Shown: positions 28,191-42,303, counted from the first letter of the stretch. The stretch: 64,000 bases of DNA from the human T2T-CHM13v2.0 reference genome, Homo sapiens (GCF_009914755.1 NC_060935.1), one strand, 5' to 3'. The notes: generated by a model not told the origin, from the sequence alone. Made by a program: numbers and translations.

Positions 28191-29521
28191 GTTTCCGTTT
28201 GCTTTCACATTTCAGGGAATTCTGCTGTGGTGATTATTTCTGCAGTGCTGGCACTAGAACAGCTTAATCACTCTCACTGGTATTTGAACCTCTAACTGTG
28301 GAGAACATTTATCATTAAAAACTGACATTTTGTATGACATGGCACAAAATAGAATTTTAATTGAGGGTAAATAACATGGTGAAAGGTTATAAAAATAAAT
28401 TTTAAAAATCAGTTACTGCAATTCTTGTGCCATTTCAGGATTGCATACAATTAAAATGAGTTGAATAATCACAAGTTTCATTTTTTATTCAAAAGACAGT
28501 CATTGATTGCCCACTGTACACATAAAACTGGGCCAAGTGCTATGGGAAGATCAAACAAGTATTCTCTGTAGTCACACCTTTAGAAAGCATATTCAATCAT
28601 ATCCATTCTGCTTCAAAGCTAAGGCAAGAACACTTTATTTATGTTAATGAGAAAATGAAGTTAATATAACTCTCAAGTTACTGAGAAAAATTAGTTTCAA
28701 TGTTACTGTATTCAGTTTACTATAAATATACCACAAGTAGAAGGACACTTTCTAATGATAATGTTAAAAATCTGTCTATGAAACTTTCCCAGACAAGTCC
28801 AGTGGTCCCAGCAGAAACAGTTTAACTTTTGAATGTAAAACTTAGAACAATTTTCCAATGTAGAGCTCAGTATTAATCCGTATTTCCAACAATGATGACT
28901 TCTTCAAAGCCAAGTTGTTTATAATTGTGTCTTGCTGCATTGGCACCTTTCATTTTCACCCAGAGACCCAGCCATACACACAATTTACCTGCAAGTACTG
29001 TAAGAAATAATATGTGTGTGTGTTAACCTGAGGATTCAGTATTTTAAAAACAGAATTACTTTTCCAAACTTTATGACTTTTACCAATCTAAAATTACAGT
29101 TATATTATTTCAGTTATATTATTTATTAAATGCAGGTATTCATTTAAAATTTTATTTTTAAAATTTTATTTTTAGAATATGATACATATTTCCTGATAGC
29201 CAAATTGAACTTTCGGAATTGAAAATTAGATGGGATAGCTCAATTAACTTCCCTGATTAAACCATTATAACCTATTCCCTATGCTCTTAGAGTAAACTCT
29301 AAACTCCAGATGTGGCTGAAAAAGTCTATACCATCTGGTTCCTATTCACCTCTCCAGTCTCACTGCATACTACTTACCTCCACCCACCCAAGTTCTCATT
29401 CATGTTCTCATATCTGAATGCAAATTATCATCTTACCTACCTCAGTGCATTGTACTGCCTACATTGTCCCCACATCCTAAGTTTGTGGAAGGTAGAGCCC
29501 AAGAAGAAATTAACTAACAGA

Positions 29522-29542
29522 AGCGCTGTCCTCGGTGCTGAA
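29522..29542 (-). promoter_or_regulatory. RE1/NRSE silencer (REST/NRSF binding site)
   Basis: Minus strand reads TTCAGCACC-GA-GGACAGCGCT against consensus TTCAGCACC-NN-GGACAGCGCC; only the last base differs. Confidence 0.85.
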
Positions 29543-32479
29543 ACCATGGATTTGACTAAGTGCCTGACTTGGCTAGCTCACAAAACAATGAATAAATAAA
29601 GAAATGTAACATAAAGAGTCATGTAGTAAGTGCTTAAATAGGGGGATGAGCAAAGTGCTATAAATATGTGAAAAAGAATATAGAGATCCAGATCAGTTAT
29701 CCGAACTTCTAATTTAGATTGGCAAAATATAAAACTAGATTGAGCTTCTTTTAAATTGATATCAGGAAGGCAGATTTTTCTCTCTCTCAATTAAAAACAA
29801 ACAGTTTAACTCTTTACTCCTCCTTTCTGTAGAACATGGAAATATCTTGTATCCACTCGCTAGCAATTTTATGAATTATGACAAGGTGGCAGATCATAAT
29901 TTACTGCTCTCATTTTTTCCCACATTCATCTCACATGAAAGAGCTTTATTATATTTATTTTGAAGTTTCTCACATTTCTTAAAAATAAAATTTGGGCATT
30001 GAATTAACGTTTGTTTAATAAATTAAAAATAAATAAATATTTAAAACACAAAATGTATAAAATATCTATTATACTTAGAAATTTTATCATTGATAAGACT
30101 ATTTCTAAAAATTAGCCATATCAATTTATAAGATCAATGGAATATAGATTCAAAGTCAAGGAGAATCATATTTTTAAATGCAAATGAATTTTAATGTGTT
30201 CCTGGGTATTTTTAATGTACTGAGATTCAAAGAAAAGAGTTCTTAACAATTATCTGCATATGTAATCAACTTGAAGTTACATTTTGCATATCAAGTAGAA
30301 CTTGTTATTTGCCTGCAACATTTATAAAGCATGGAGAATGTGTAAATATATGTGGAACTGGATAGTGAGCACTTTTAATATGTATTTCTTCTATTTAATA
30401 GTGAAACATTCTACCGATTTATTACAATCATGTTTATGAAATATGCATATATCTCATTTTGGTAGCCTGGTGTTTTAACATTTTACCATGCAAGTAAATC
30501 AATTTCACAATGAATTTTAGCAATGGTTGATTAAATAACAATTTTGCTAAGTTGATGATTTGTGTGAGAGAGTTGCAGGGGAGGGGTGATTTTTAAATTT
30601 ACTCAAATAGTCAAGTTTAGACCTCTGTAACTTAGCTACTAGATGATCTAGAAACATATCCGCCTCAGGATGATTTTTGTATTGGCTTAGTTGGAAGAAA
30701 AGCGATGGAGCAGACGGCCTATGAATATAGTAGTAACACTGTGGCCAAATATAGGCTATAGTATAATGCAGTCACTGAAAAAAAATTATTAATTACTATG
30801 TAGTTGGACTACATGACTTCCATTTACCCGAAAATTTGGAACTGTCTGAATAAGCAGTAAATCTAACTATTCTAGCAATTTCATTAATATATGGGTGCTA
30901 CTATACACATTGTATTATTATAGTTATTACTACTGGGAATTAAAAGTTTGGATCCAGAGGAAAACCTACTTCCCAAGGTTTAAAAGAGGAGCATTGCAAG
31001 AAGAAAATGGAATCTTACTTTACTATTACTCTCTGATAATATAAAACAAACATTTTATTCCATGAAAAATAAAACAAATGCAGATTCAAGCAAGAAGTTC
31101 AGTTGTCAAATCAAAACCTTAGTAGTGATAGCCCATCATCTTACAGATGAAAATATTAACCCTCTCTTCTTAATCCTCAGAGACTTGTGAAGAATTGAAG
31201 CTATAAGTGCCTATGTAACAAGGGAAATCCCTGCATGGAGAACATTTTTTAAGTACTAAGAGAGCTCCTTGGGGAAAAAGTTCTTATAGTAGCTGACAGG
31301 CAGAGGGTTCATCTTCTTTTCAAAATTTTCATTATAGCTGAGACTCAGAAAAGGTAGTCAATTAAGGGCACATGCTTTGAGCTGATTTCTACTTTTAAGT
31401 AATTAGGTATGACTTGATGGTGAGGTAGAGCAAATTCTCATGGGAAACTGCTTCCCCCTCGTGCTGGTACTATCTTCGTAAAAGACTAACATTTATTTAT
31501 AGGAAAAAATAGAAAATTTGGGGTGATTTTTGTGATCCAGTTAATTTGGAACTGAAATCTTCTGCACATTTTGAATTTCATCAAAATTTATTTACTGGAG
31601 ACATCTGTTTATTGACATGGTAAACAAAGAATAGTTCCCAACATTTAGGATTCTAAGCATAGTTTCTTTGCCAGTAAATTTAATAAGCTAATTTCCAGCA
31701 TTAGCGTTCCTCTCTTGCTTAAATTTTAATAGAAACCTTTAAGGTAGCATAATTTGACACTCCAAAATTTTTATCTCAGGTGTCATATTGCTCCCCAGTT
31801 GGAATTCAATGTAGTGTCTTTGACCTATTTTCTTAAGAACAAGATCTACAGAAATCATGAAACATTGGAGGCATTATCCAGTTACTCTCAGTGTTTCCTA
31901 TAATCTTGAAATCAGAAAACCATGTCTCTGTAATGGTTGATTGCCTGTGGTTAGTTGGTAGGCATGGCTTACCAAGTGCTTTTATTACTTCAGAATCCAA
32001 ATACACTTTTTAAAATTTGGGGATCATATATTTTGACAAATATGGGAATCTCTTAAATTACATATTTTGATATTTATACTACTTCAGTTATTCAGTTTAA
32101 AAGTGAAAAATGTAGACACATTCCAGATGTCTTGAGTTCTTTCATTTGTTCCTAGTCTGGCGTTAGTAATTCCAAGGATATAATTAGCTACTTGCGAAAC
32201 ATTACAATGTTTTCAATCCTTTCATGTTAGCCTTCTCACATTTATAAACATATTAATTTATTCAACAAGTATTTAATGAACACCTATGAATCTTGTAAAA
32301 TATGTTAGGAACAGGGATATGCTAATAAATAAAATAGAGAATGTTATTTTTTAATTGTAGTGTGTAATAAAGTATCTTTAATATTGGAAAAACTAAGGAG
32401 TAGATTAGTGCTTACACTGCTGATGGATATATAAATTACTATAGAAAATTTATAAAGAGATTTGGTAACAAATATTGTA

Positions 32480-32960
32480 ATTGAATAGGTATGAATATTT
32501 TCCAGGAACCAGCAGCAGTTGGTATCTACTCTAGAAAAATACTTGCCCAAGTACACAGGAGGCAGTTTCAGGATTTTACTGCAGAATTGCTTGTATTAGA
32601 GAAAACAGAGGAACAAACCAAATGCCCTTCCTTCAATAATGACTAAAAAAACTATTTTGAACTCATACATTCTAGTACTCTGCAACATTTGAAGGACTAG
32701 GAAAAAAGTTTATTTTGATTTGGAAAACATATTTGATATCTTATATGTTAAAAATTATAAAAAAAGAATCACTATATCTATAAGGTATGTGTTTGTATGT
32801 GTGCAAATCCATCAGAAGAAGTCAGGAAATGTATATATAAATTGATAACAGTAACTTGTAAAAAGAACCGGATATGTTGGTGGCGACAGAAGTGAACTCT
32901 AGCATTCTCTCTCATGTGATAGTGTAATATTTGTATAATTTAAAATCAATAGTGAAAACA
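32480..32960 (+). mobile_element. L1ME-type 3' fragment
   Basis: ggtatctactctagaaaaatacttgcccaagtacac...tactgcagaattgcttgtattag...aacaaaccaaatgccc. Confidence 0.55.
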
Positions 32961-33949
32961 AAGTTCAATAGAATGAATTCAATTATGGAAGCATGCACAG
33001 GTTAACCATGAGTGAAGAAAAGGAAGTGACTTACTTTGGGTAGCTCTAGAAAAGGGAAATAGTTCTTGTTACTGAATTCAACAATATTTATTGAGTCCGT
33101 ACATAATCATGTCTGTGTTACCTTCAAAAGTGTGTGTTACCAATTTATATCTTAACAGAAGTTTTCATGGAGATATTATAGAGGATTTGTGCAATAGACT
33201 GCATAAGTCACATGTTTTTAAAAAGAAAAACATGCATTCCATTTGCATAATTCAATTACACTGACTACAGTATTTGTAAAGTACAAAAGTAGCCCTATAT
33301 AATATTTTCAAATAAATAAATATGAGTGAAAGAATTAAGATAAAGTTATAACTTTCACTGTTTTCAAAAGAGTGACAACCAAGTGATCCATTTTTTAAAA
33401 TTTTTATTTATCTTAAGGAATGTTGCAAAGTTAATAATTAAGCTGTAAACACTTAAAGACAAAGTACGTTTGCACAATCTCTCTGACTCTGTTTTGCCCT
33501 CTGGTCAATTAAAGAGAAGGTCAGAGTGATAATCACAGTCAAGAAATGCACTATTGATACTTGTAAAATTAACTGAGCAAATGGTTAATGGGGCAAAAAT
33601 AATTGAGATAGCATTATAATTTTCCTGAACTAGGAAACATTCCTGATGATCTGTATGATCAGCTAATAAAATATCAGCAAATTAAGATGTAAAAAATGGG
33701 AAATAAGCAATGCATTAGAACTAGGAATTTTTTTCAGAAGGAATCTATAAATTCAAACAAAGAAGTAGTTTATTCATCTATCTCCTACCAAAAAAGAAAA
33801 GCCAAACTTAAATCAGAATCTGAGAAATTGCTAGATATTGCAACTATACTTTTTCATGTAATTTAGCCCACCACCTCTCAAACTCCTCATCTTTCATACC
33901 TAGAATTTCCTTTGAACTTAAAATTAGCACAGCCATGCAGAAATTTCAG

Positions 33950-34320
33950 TCTACACAGAAGATAATAGTTGAATTGGGATCTAAATGAGGATAAGCAACT
34001 AGCCATGCCAAGATCTTAGAAAAAGGGAATTCTAGATTCAGGAAATAGCAATCACAGAAGGCTAGTATGGTTAATGTGCATGAACAAAGTTGATATTTTC
34101 AAATGATCAGGTCACAGAGACTCTGTAGATTATGATGAACTTGGACATGTTGCATTGTGAAGCATATTTGTTTGTCTGTGTTTCCCATAAGCCTGTCTAT
34201 AAGTTCCATGAGGGCAGAAACCATGTCCATCTTATCTCCCCATATATCACTAAGGCTTCACATAGTTCCTTGCATGAAGTAGACACTCGATAAATATTTG
34301 TCAGATAAAACAATAATCAA
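33950..34320. mobile_element. L2 fragments in both orientations
   Basis: ctataagttccatgagggcagaaaccatgtcc...agacactcgataaatatttg (plus); ttgaattgggatctaaatgagg (minus). Confidence 0.6.
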
Positions 34321-35244
34321 CCTATTTTTATTTAATTTGGTGATCCCAACTATAAGGTTTTTTCAAGTATGCACTTTTAAAAAGATTATACTATATGTAT
34401 TTCATATCTGAGAGCAAGTTATATTTAAGCCAAGATTTGGGTCACTAATAATAAGAAAGTCCTCTATGAGTGTATGCAAAGTTGACGTGGGGGCCCAATT
34501 ATGCCCCTACTTTAAGATAAATCTATTTCAGCATTGATTACAATGTTTTCCTTCTCACTTAGAACTATAATGCTCCTTACCCATTATCTTCACTGTTAGT
34601 AAGCAAGTATTTCAGAAGATTAAAGAGGGAGTAATAGCTGAAAATTGTTCTCACTTGTTTTATTCACTTTAATTCTGTTTTTAATTGGGGAAGCTAATGC
34701 TTTTCTATTTCAATTTTCTATTCATAAGTGTTACCTCATGAATGAAATACATTTTTTGACACTTCATGTAGGCAGCACTGAATTTGTATTCTACACTTAT
34801 TTAAGCAATCCTCATTACCTGTTGCTCCATGAATAGGTTCTATGTCTAACCTTCAAAATTTATCTCTAAATTTTAGTTTTCAAAATTAATTTCTGAGTGT
34901 TTTTCCAAAAAAGCTTCTCATTGAAATTGCCATTCAGTTGATGTTAGTGAAGCACATCAAGAAATTATGAGTAGATGAAACTCTGAATAAGTTATTCCAG
35001 GATAATTTTCTCAAATACCATTAAGGTAAAAGTATATTATTTGCAGAAATAAATAAAATAAAGCTAATGTTTAACTCTGGAGTGAAATATCTGAGGTTTT
35101 TCAGGATGAAGTGGTCATAAGTAAGGGGAGGATTATAGTTAATTTTCCCCCTGGAAAAGGTTCCAAAACTGAATCAGAATGCCCTAAAAAACATGTAAAA
35201 ATTTTGTTTTGGAGATTCCACTAAGAATATCCTGAGTTAGTAGA

Positions 35245-35634
35245 CGTATTAGAGTTCTCTAGAGAAATAGAACCAATAGGATGTGTATATATAGAAAAAA
35301 AATCTGGCTCACAGTTATAGCGGAAAACAAGTCCACAATCTGCAGGGTGGGCTGGAGACCAAGGTAAAAACCGACGTGGAAGTTCAAGTCCAAAGGTAGT
35401 CTTCTAACAGAATCCCTTCTTGCTTGAGGATATCAGTCTTTATTTTATTAAGATCTTCAGCTGATTGGATGAGAACCAACCACGTTATGGAGGACAGTCC
35501 CCTTTACTCAGAGTCCACCTTTTTAAATGTTAATCTCATCCACAAAACACCCTCAGAGAAATAGCCAGAATAATATTTGACCAAATATCTGGGCATCTTG
35601 GCCCAGTTAAGTTGACACATAAAATTCACTATCT
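35245..35634 (-). mobile_element. MLT2 (HERV-L) LTR, 3' LTR of a provirus
   Basis: gtattagagttctctagagaaatagaaccaatagg...ctgattggatgag...tgttaatctcatcc...cagttaagttgacacataaaatt. Confidence 0.9.
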
Positions 35635-36845
35635 GAGTCCACCACATGAAAACTTGGCATCCATATGCATTTCCTTAAACCATATTTAATCTCCAAATAT
35701 ACGCAATAACAAAGCCATACTTTGGCCTAACATAATACAATTATTCTGCGTACAATTGAGCAACCCTTATCCCAGAAGAGAATGTAAAGTCCCTGGGTGA
35801 TATTTACTGTTCTTGATATACTGCAATGAAATACTATGATATAAAGTTAACAATACTTAAATATTGATATAAAGCAAATGCATCTTATGTTATATGACAA
35901 GAGAATAAGAACAGGAAAAAAAGATTATACATATAAATATATATACACACACACGAACATATTTATGACAAAATAAGGAAGAACTGCTCATGACATAATT
36001 GTAGTTCGTATTTATAACAACCTTCTTTCACTACACATTGTGCATTGCCTTTGAGCTCAGCAAGAACCTCAGCTGGCTGTAGTTTTCATCTGGTGTGGTG
36101 ACTTAAACCTTTATTCCTGAAGGGTTTGGGCCATTAGAATCCTCCCTGGATTATGTTGTAGTCTCCCCCTGACTTTAAACACAGGTTATGGTAATACTAA
36201 GAGATGCCCTAAGGGAGCACCTGTATTTTAGACCCCCATTTGGAGTAGCAGTTAAATCTCTCCTTGGTAGTCAGGATCAATCACCCTAGCCAGCACAATA
36301 ATTCCTTCCTTTGCCGGTTTACCTAGAAGCATGAGGATTCCAAACTGCCTAAGTGGTTAACATCTAGTTTAGTTGAATCATTGCTATGTCACCTGGTAGT
36401 TGCATCCCTCCTTTTGAAAGTAAGACCTCTATGCCAGCAGAGTCTTGTAAGGACACAGGGACAGGATACAAACATTTTGCTAGTGGGTTACTAGGGGTAT
36501 GGTGAGTGGTGCTGCTCTCATTTCCAGCTCTTTGTTCCTGGACCCATAAATCCTGGCTATAGGAGGAATAGTACCATATATTGGATGTTGATTCTGAGCA
36601 TATACAGCCTCTTGAAGAACCTTGCCCAGCGCCCCAGACCTGCAAGGTTAATGCCTCATAGCTGGCACTGCAGCTGAATCTTCAAAAAAAGGTCATTTCT
36701 GAAGCCATTTTATGAAGCCAGCTGCTTGAGAATGGTGAAGAACATAGTAAGACTAGTGGTTTTTGTGTGTATGGGCCAATTGGCACACTTTATTTGCTAC
36801 GAAGTGAGTTCCTTACTGGAAGCAATGCTGTGTGGGATTCCAAAT
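35635..36845 (-). mobile_element. HERV-L internal 3' region (degenerate integrase C-terminus and dUTPase)
   Basis: Adjoins the LTR; ORF 36364..36645 includes TPSNPLAKCLYPVPVSL..SAGIEVLLSKGGMQLPGD, resembling the ERVL IN/dUTPase junction. Confidence 0.85.
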
Positions 36846-37780
36846 ATGACTGTGGTCTGTAATGGGGTCCTGGAACTTCTGTGCTTTTTAAAAAAATATA
36901 TCTTCAAAATGGAGGTTAAGAAGTGACTCAATTTCTGATCTGTATTTACCCTCCTCCCTTCCCCAGTGAGGTTTCTCAGCTAATTTTCTGGCAGGAAGTA
37001 TTGTTTCCCTATGAGACTGTGGGGAGTGATTTCTATCACCTTGTCCTATTTTACAAGTATCCATCTCAGGGTAGATGACAAGCCACAATTACAAGTAACT
37101 CACCTCCTTGCAAGCAGACATCTTCCCTGAGGCATTTATGCTCCACTTTGCTCATACATTACAACATCCTCCATACAGATTATCCCAATCACTCTGGACT
37201 CAGTGAATTCCGTGTGGACTGGGAAGCCCTCTCTAGAGAGGTTTGTAAAGTCTTAGAATCCAAACTCCACCCTTATAGTACTGGTATACTTCTAACGCCA
37301 CATTCCTTTTACTGGAGTCTCCAGTGAGACCTGAATTACTTAAAATCATGGAGTAAAGAGAGAGCATATGATCCTTGGGGAGTTCATTTGACTTGATAAT
37401 AAGTAGTTGAAAACACTATTTTGTAAAGCAAATAGAGATGTTGCGGGAGAAAACAATAGTTTTGCATGCACTTGTTGCTAAAATTAGAGATTTCAAGGAC
37501 ATGTCCTGATTCTTAGCCACTGAGGGATGTGAGGACAGACCTGGAAAGAGATGGGGGATGAAACAATTCAATTTGTTTACTGTTTTCTGAAGTTCATGAT
37601 ATTCCTTTTTTATATTTGTGAAGTGGCACTTAAGAAAAGTCATGAAGAAATGTGGCTTCAATTAGAAGCTCTAAGAAAACATGAATGCTTATGTCACACA
37701 AAATTCAAATATCTATATTTCTAAAACGTAAGCTCCATAAGATCAAGTGTTTTGGTTCATGATTAAATCTCAGTGTCTAT

Positions 37781-38390
37781 CACTGTACTATCCAGTGTGG
37801 TAGCTACATGTGATTATTGAGGACTTTGGCTAGTCTGAATTGAGATGTTCTGTAAGTGTAAAGTGCACTCCAAATTTTCATGACTTCATATGAAAAAAAC
37901 TTGTTGAATGCCTCATTAGTAATTTTTATATTGATTACATATGGAATTGACAATATTTTCAATACACTGAGTTAAATAAAATATTTGATTAAAAACAGGC
38001 CGGGTGCAGTGGCTTACATGTGTAATCCCAAACTTTGGGAAGCTGAAGCTGGTGGATCACTTGAGGTCAGGAGTTCAAAACCAACCTGGTCAACATGGTG
38101 AAACCCCATCTCTACTAAAAATATAAAAATTAGCCAAGCATGGTCGTGGGCGCCTGTAATCCCAGCTCCTCAGGAGGCTGAAGCAGGAGAATCACTTGAG
38201 CCTGGGAGGCAGAGTTTGCAGGGCAGAGATCACACAACTGCACTCCAGCCTGGGCAACAGAGCCAGACTCTGTCTAATATAATAATAATAATAATAATAA
38301 CAATTTCATTGATTTCTGTTTTCTTGTTTGGCTACTAGAAAATTTGAAATTTCACATGTGGTTCACATTACATTTCTACTAGACCGTGCT
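37781..38390 (+). mobile_element. MER33 (hAT-Charlie1) MITE, interrupted by Alu and lying within L2
   Basis: ctgtactatccagtgtggtagc...aattgagatgttctgtaagtgtaaa...tggctactagaaaatttgaaatttcacatgtgg. Confidence 0.8.
37998..38300 (+). mobile_element. AluS (Sz/Sx-like) with (AAT)n tail
   Basis: Full dimer ggccgggtgcagtggct...gatcacttgaggtcaggagttc... Confidence 0.95.
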
Positions 38391-38449
38391 AGCCTAGTAT
38401 ATAGTTTACACTCAATAAAAATGTGTTGAAGTAATGTTGAATTAATATC

Positions 38450-38620
38450 TTTATTTTATTTTACTTTTGAGATGGGGGGTCTCACTATGTTGCCTAGGCT
38501 AGTGTACAGTAGATAGGCACAGTTATAGTGCACTGCAGCCTCAAACTTCTGGTCTCAAGTGATCCTTCCACCTCGGCCTCCCAAGCAGCTGGGACTACAG
38601 ACATGCACCACTGTTCCCTG
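38450..38620 (-). mobile_element. FAM-like fossil Alu monomer
   Basis: Single monomer retaining the extra 7SL-derived segment (cagtagataggcacagttatagtgcactgcagcc). Confidence 0.75.
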
Positions 38621-40070
38621 TAAATGTTTTTCTTGTAGATCATTGCTGTACTCTTTCATCTAAAGAAAAGATGATGACAGAAACCAGAACACATTTAAGA
38701 CAAATTTTCAAAAGTGTGATCAAGTCATGTTCCTTTGTTGTATTTGGAAGGCAGTACTTATGGTTTAACAACCTACCAGTGAGATTAAAGCAACTAGCAA
38801 CCAACTCATTTCTTAGATAGAAGTATGGTCAGCCCTGCTCCTACTTACAATTCCAGTTATGGGTACTCTCCAACCCTGAGCACGAAAAGCAATCATGCTC
38901 AGATTTTTCTTTTTTCGCACTCTTATTTTAACCTACTGTTCAGATGGTAGTTAGCTCTTATGATTAATTAAGCAACACTGCAATCTGAAGAAGAGCAGAA
39001 CTCGGAACCCCAATACTAATCTCTAGGAAATGACAGTTGCCTTTACAGTAATGAATGATCTGAACCACAGATGCAGTTGTCTTTAGCAAAAACCATATGC
39101 TTGAACCTATGATGTATACTCCTGGTGTGAGCAATGACAAAACCTTCTCCCATCGTGTAAAAATATCCCTTAAGCCATCTATTATTTTTGATAGGTCAAA
39201 TACATTCTACTCGAAGGGGAAAAAAACTATCCTCTAATATTAATAGTACCTCTAAAATCCATAACCCATTTATAATTATGGTGAGCCTGGATTTTTCTAG
39301 TCTTAGAACTCTAAAAAATAAATTTGCTAAACTAAGGTTAAAACATTTAAGATGGAGTATAAGGAATAAAAATTCCATGATTTTTCTCTGTATACATTAA
39401 AATGTGTGTTACTTTTTTAGGTATTTAATGCGATTATGTTTAATAACAACTATACTTTAAATTTATATAGCACTTTATATTTTTCAAATATATCCTTGTA
39501 TATGATGCCTCTTTAGATTATATTATATTAATAAATATTCTTAATTAATATTTTCTCTGTTTATATGCAGAATTAATCTGAAGCAGTAAATACCTAGTAC
39601 TTTTAGCACAAGAAAATATGTTTTATTAAAAAATACATAATAACAGAGAAAATTTAATTACAATTAGAGCTGAGCTTAAACTTAACCAAGGCTCCTGAAG
39701 ACTAGAGGAATGTTTTTTTCAGTGTAAAAACAATGTATAACTCATTTTTCAAGACATTTTTCAGGTTTTAATTTATGAAGCAATTATGAAAGATTTTCAT
39801 CAAATAGTCTTTGTATGAAAATATTTAATTTCATTTGTTATTTGTAGAAATATTTACTCTTTTTTACTACTTCTCTGGTGTGGATAATAAAATGTTTACA
39901 ATGTTAAGGAAAAAAAAGCCTTGAGTATCATCTCCTTTAGCAAGTAATACTCAATACATTTATTTGAGTATTCAGCATAATTTTGAACAATGCAAGGTTG
40001 TTCACTACAATACCCTTATGACAAAAGCAAAGCAGAGAGAAATGAAGTTTTAAAGTCGTAATGGAATTAA

Positions 40071-40410
<340 letters not shown>

Positions 40411-40769
40411 AAATGCATATTCTTAAATTGAGGGAATGCCAAGCAGAATGTTTCAGGCGAAGACAAGTAACAGAAGTATGATCGTGTTTCTGTCTTCAAG
40501 ATGTTCTTATCTTACAAATATTATCAACGACATTAAACAGATGGAAAACACAGAAATAACACGATTTTTTCATGGTTCCACCAGGTATCAGTAACAACTA
40601 TATGTAATTCCAATGTTCTGTATGTCAGGCATTTGTTTAGATGAATGAGTCTGATTTCATTTCAATTGCTAAAATAAAGTTAGATGAGATTATGTTGACT
40701 TAGAGTGACCACATTAAGACAAACCAACACACCTTGGGTGGTTTTCTTTTCTGAGTAAAAATAAGGCAA

Positions 40770-40806
<37 letters not shown>

Positions 40807-40900
40807 CCTTTATTTATTGACTATATATTATAATATAAATATATTTTTATATATTTATATTTTATATTTATTTTTATATATTAAATATATATGTATTTAA
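40770..40900. repeat. (TA)n / AT-rich low-complexity tract
   Basis: tatatata runs. Confidence 0.9.
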
Positions 40901-41356
40901 ATCAGTCTTCCTCAATCTTATCTCAGAAGAGAAGAAAAAGAATTTGATTTAAATAAAACCTATTCTAAAGATAGGCACTTTGGAAATAAAATTAACTCTT
41001 TTAGAATTGTTAATACTGTTTAAATTGACGTATCAGTATTTTTAATGCCCTAGAAAGCAGTGCATTGACTGATGATCTCATGATGAAAGTGGGTTTTTAA
41101 AAATTATCCTGCCTTACTAACTTACATTGTAAAGATTACTTAACAACATTTGTTTCATGTATTATTTCTCATAAATTGTGCAAAGATTTGGAATTTGGAA
41201 TAACTATTTGCAATGATTCCTCTTGTCAGTTAAAAGAAAAGTAATATTACTGGTCTTCTAGATAAAAAGGGACAATATTCCTGTTATGCCTGAGTAGTGG
41301 TATTTATGATTACGTAGCACATCTATTTATCAATTATTTACCACCTGGATTCCTTT

Positions 41357-41454
41357 AGAAAGGAAGGAAAGAAGGGAGGGAGGGAGGGAAGGAGGGAGGA
41401 AGGAAGGGAGGGAGGGAGGGAGAGAGGGAGGGAGGGAGGAAGGAAGGAAGGAAG
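41357..41454. repeat. (GGAA)n/(GGGA)n polypurine tract
   Basis: About 95 consecutive purines. Confidence 0.95.
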
Positions 41455-41682
41455 TTAAAAACGAGACTCCTTAGGACGCACTTAGAAAGCTGATATATGC
41501 TCACCAGCTGCAGCCTATGTCTCTTAAGAAATGGATGACACTTCACCAAATTTAGATTACCAGCCCGAGCTCTAATTTTCAAAATAAAATACAAACTTTA
41601 AGTGATTTCATGTCCACACTTACCAGATTTTGACCCTGGCTTGAAATCACTGCCAAACTGGCTCTGTGACAGCATCAAATTA

Positions 41683-41760
41683 TTATGTTAGATTATGTGG
41701 AATTTCCATTTTAAGGGTCAGAACTGTCAAACATCAGCACTTTCATGTAATTCAGTCTAC
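41683..41760. mobile_element. MADE2 (Hsmar2 mariner MITE), diverged
   Basis: ttatgttagattatgtggaatttccatttt..ggtcagaactgtcaaacatcagcactttcatgtaattcagtcta follows the 80-bp MADE2 layout; TA flanks. Confidence 0.7.
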
Positions 41761-42303
41761 TAAAAGAGTGCTAGTAACTGTGAGGTATATAAAGATTAAT
41801 AAGATACACGTTTGAAACTAATTACTTTAATTATATAAAGGGGAGAAGATGTGTGAAAATTTATTATTTATATATGATCAGAAAAGTTTCAAGGTGAATT
41901 AGTTTGGATACAGAATGGAAGTAGGATGGAGGACATTCTATGAGAAGAGAAAGCACTGACAAATATATGAAGATGGAAAAATGCAGGGTATATTAGCAGG
42001 ATTATAGGGGAAACATTAACCTGGTATGGATTACTTGTGCAAGAAAACAGAGGCATCAATCAAAAAGTCAACAGTAGCCTGATGGCAAAGATCCTTAAAA
42101 TTAAGTGAATACGTTTGAAATCTAGTATACAATAAGAAAACAATAAACATTTTTTAAGTCAGAAAAGTCACATTAAAAAAAAGAATAAGGCAAGGATGCG
42201 GATGTTGGAGAAACGGGTGGAAGACACTCAATACTAAGAAATGAAATTGAAGCTACTATAGAGGAATGCAATAAAGGCCAGGATAAAGATGATGGCAAAA
42301 GAG

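Noticed and set aside
30746-30756. CArG (SRF) box ccaaatatagg
   Set aside because: It has seven A/T bases between CC and GG; the consensus requires six.
36364-36645. Domesticated ERV dUTPase/integrase gene
   Set aside because: The frame is mosaic and frameshifted and is closed by a stop. It is an ordinary decayed HERV-L.
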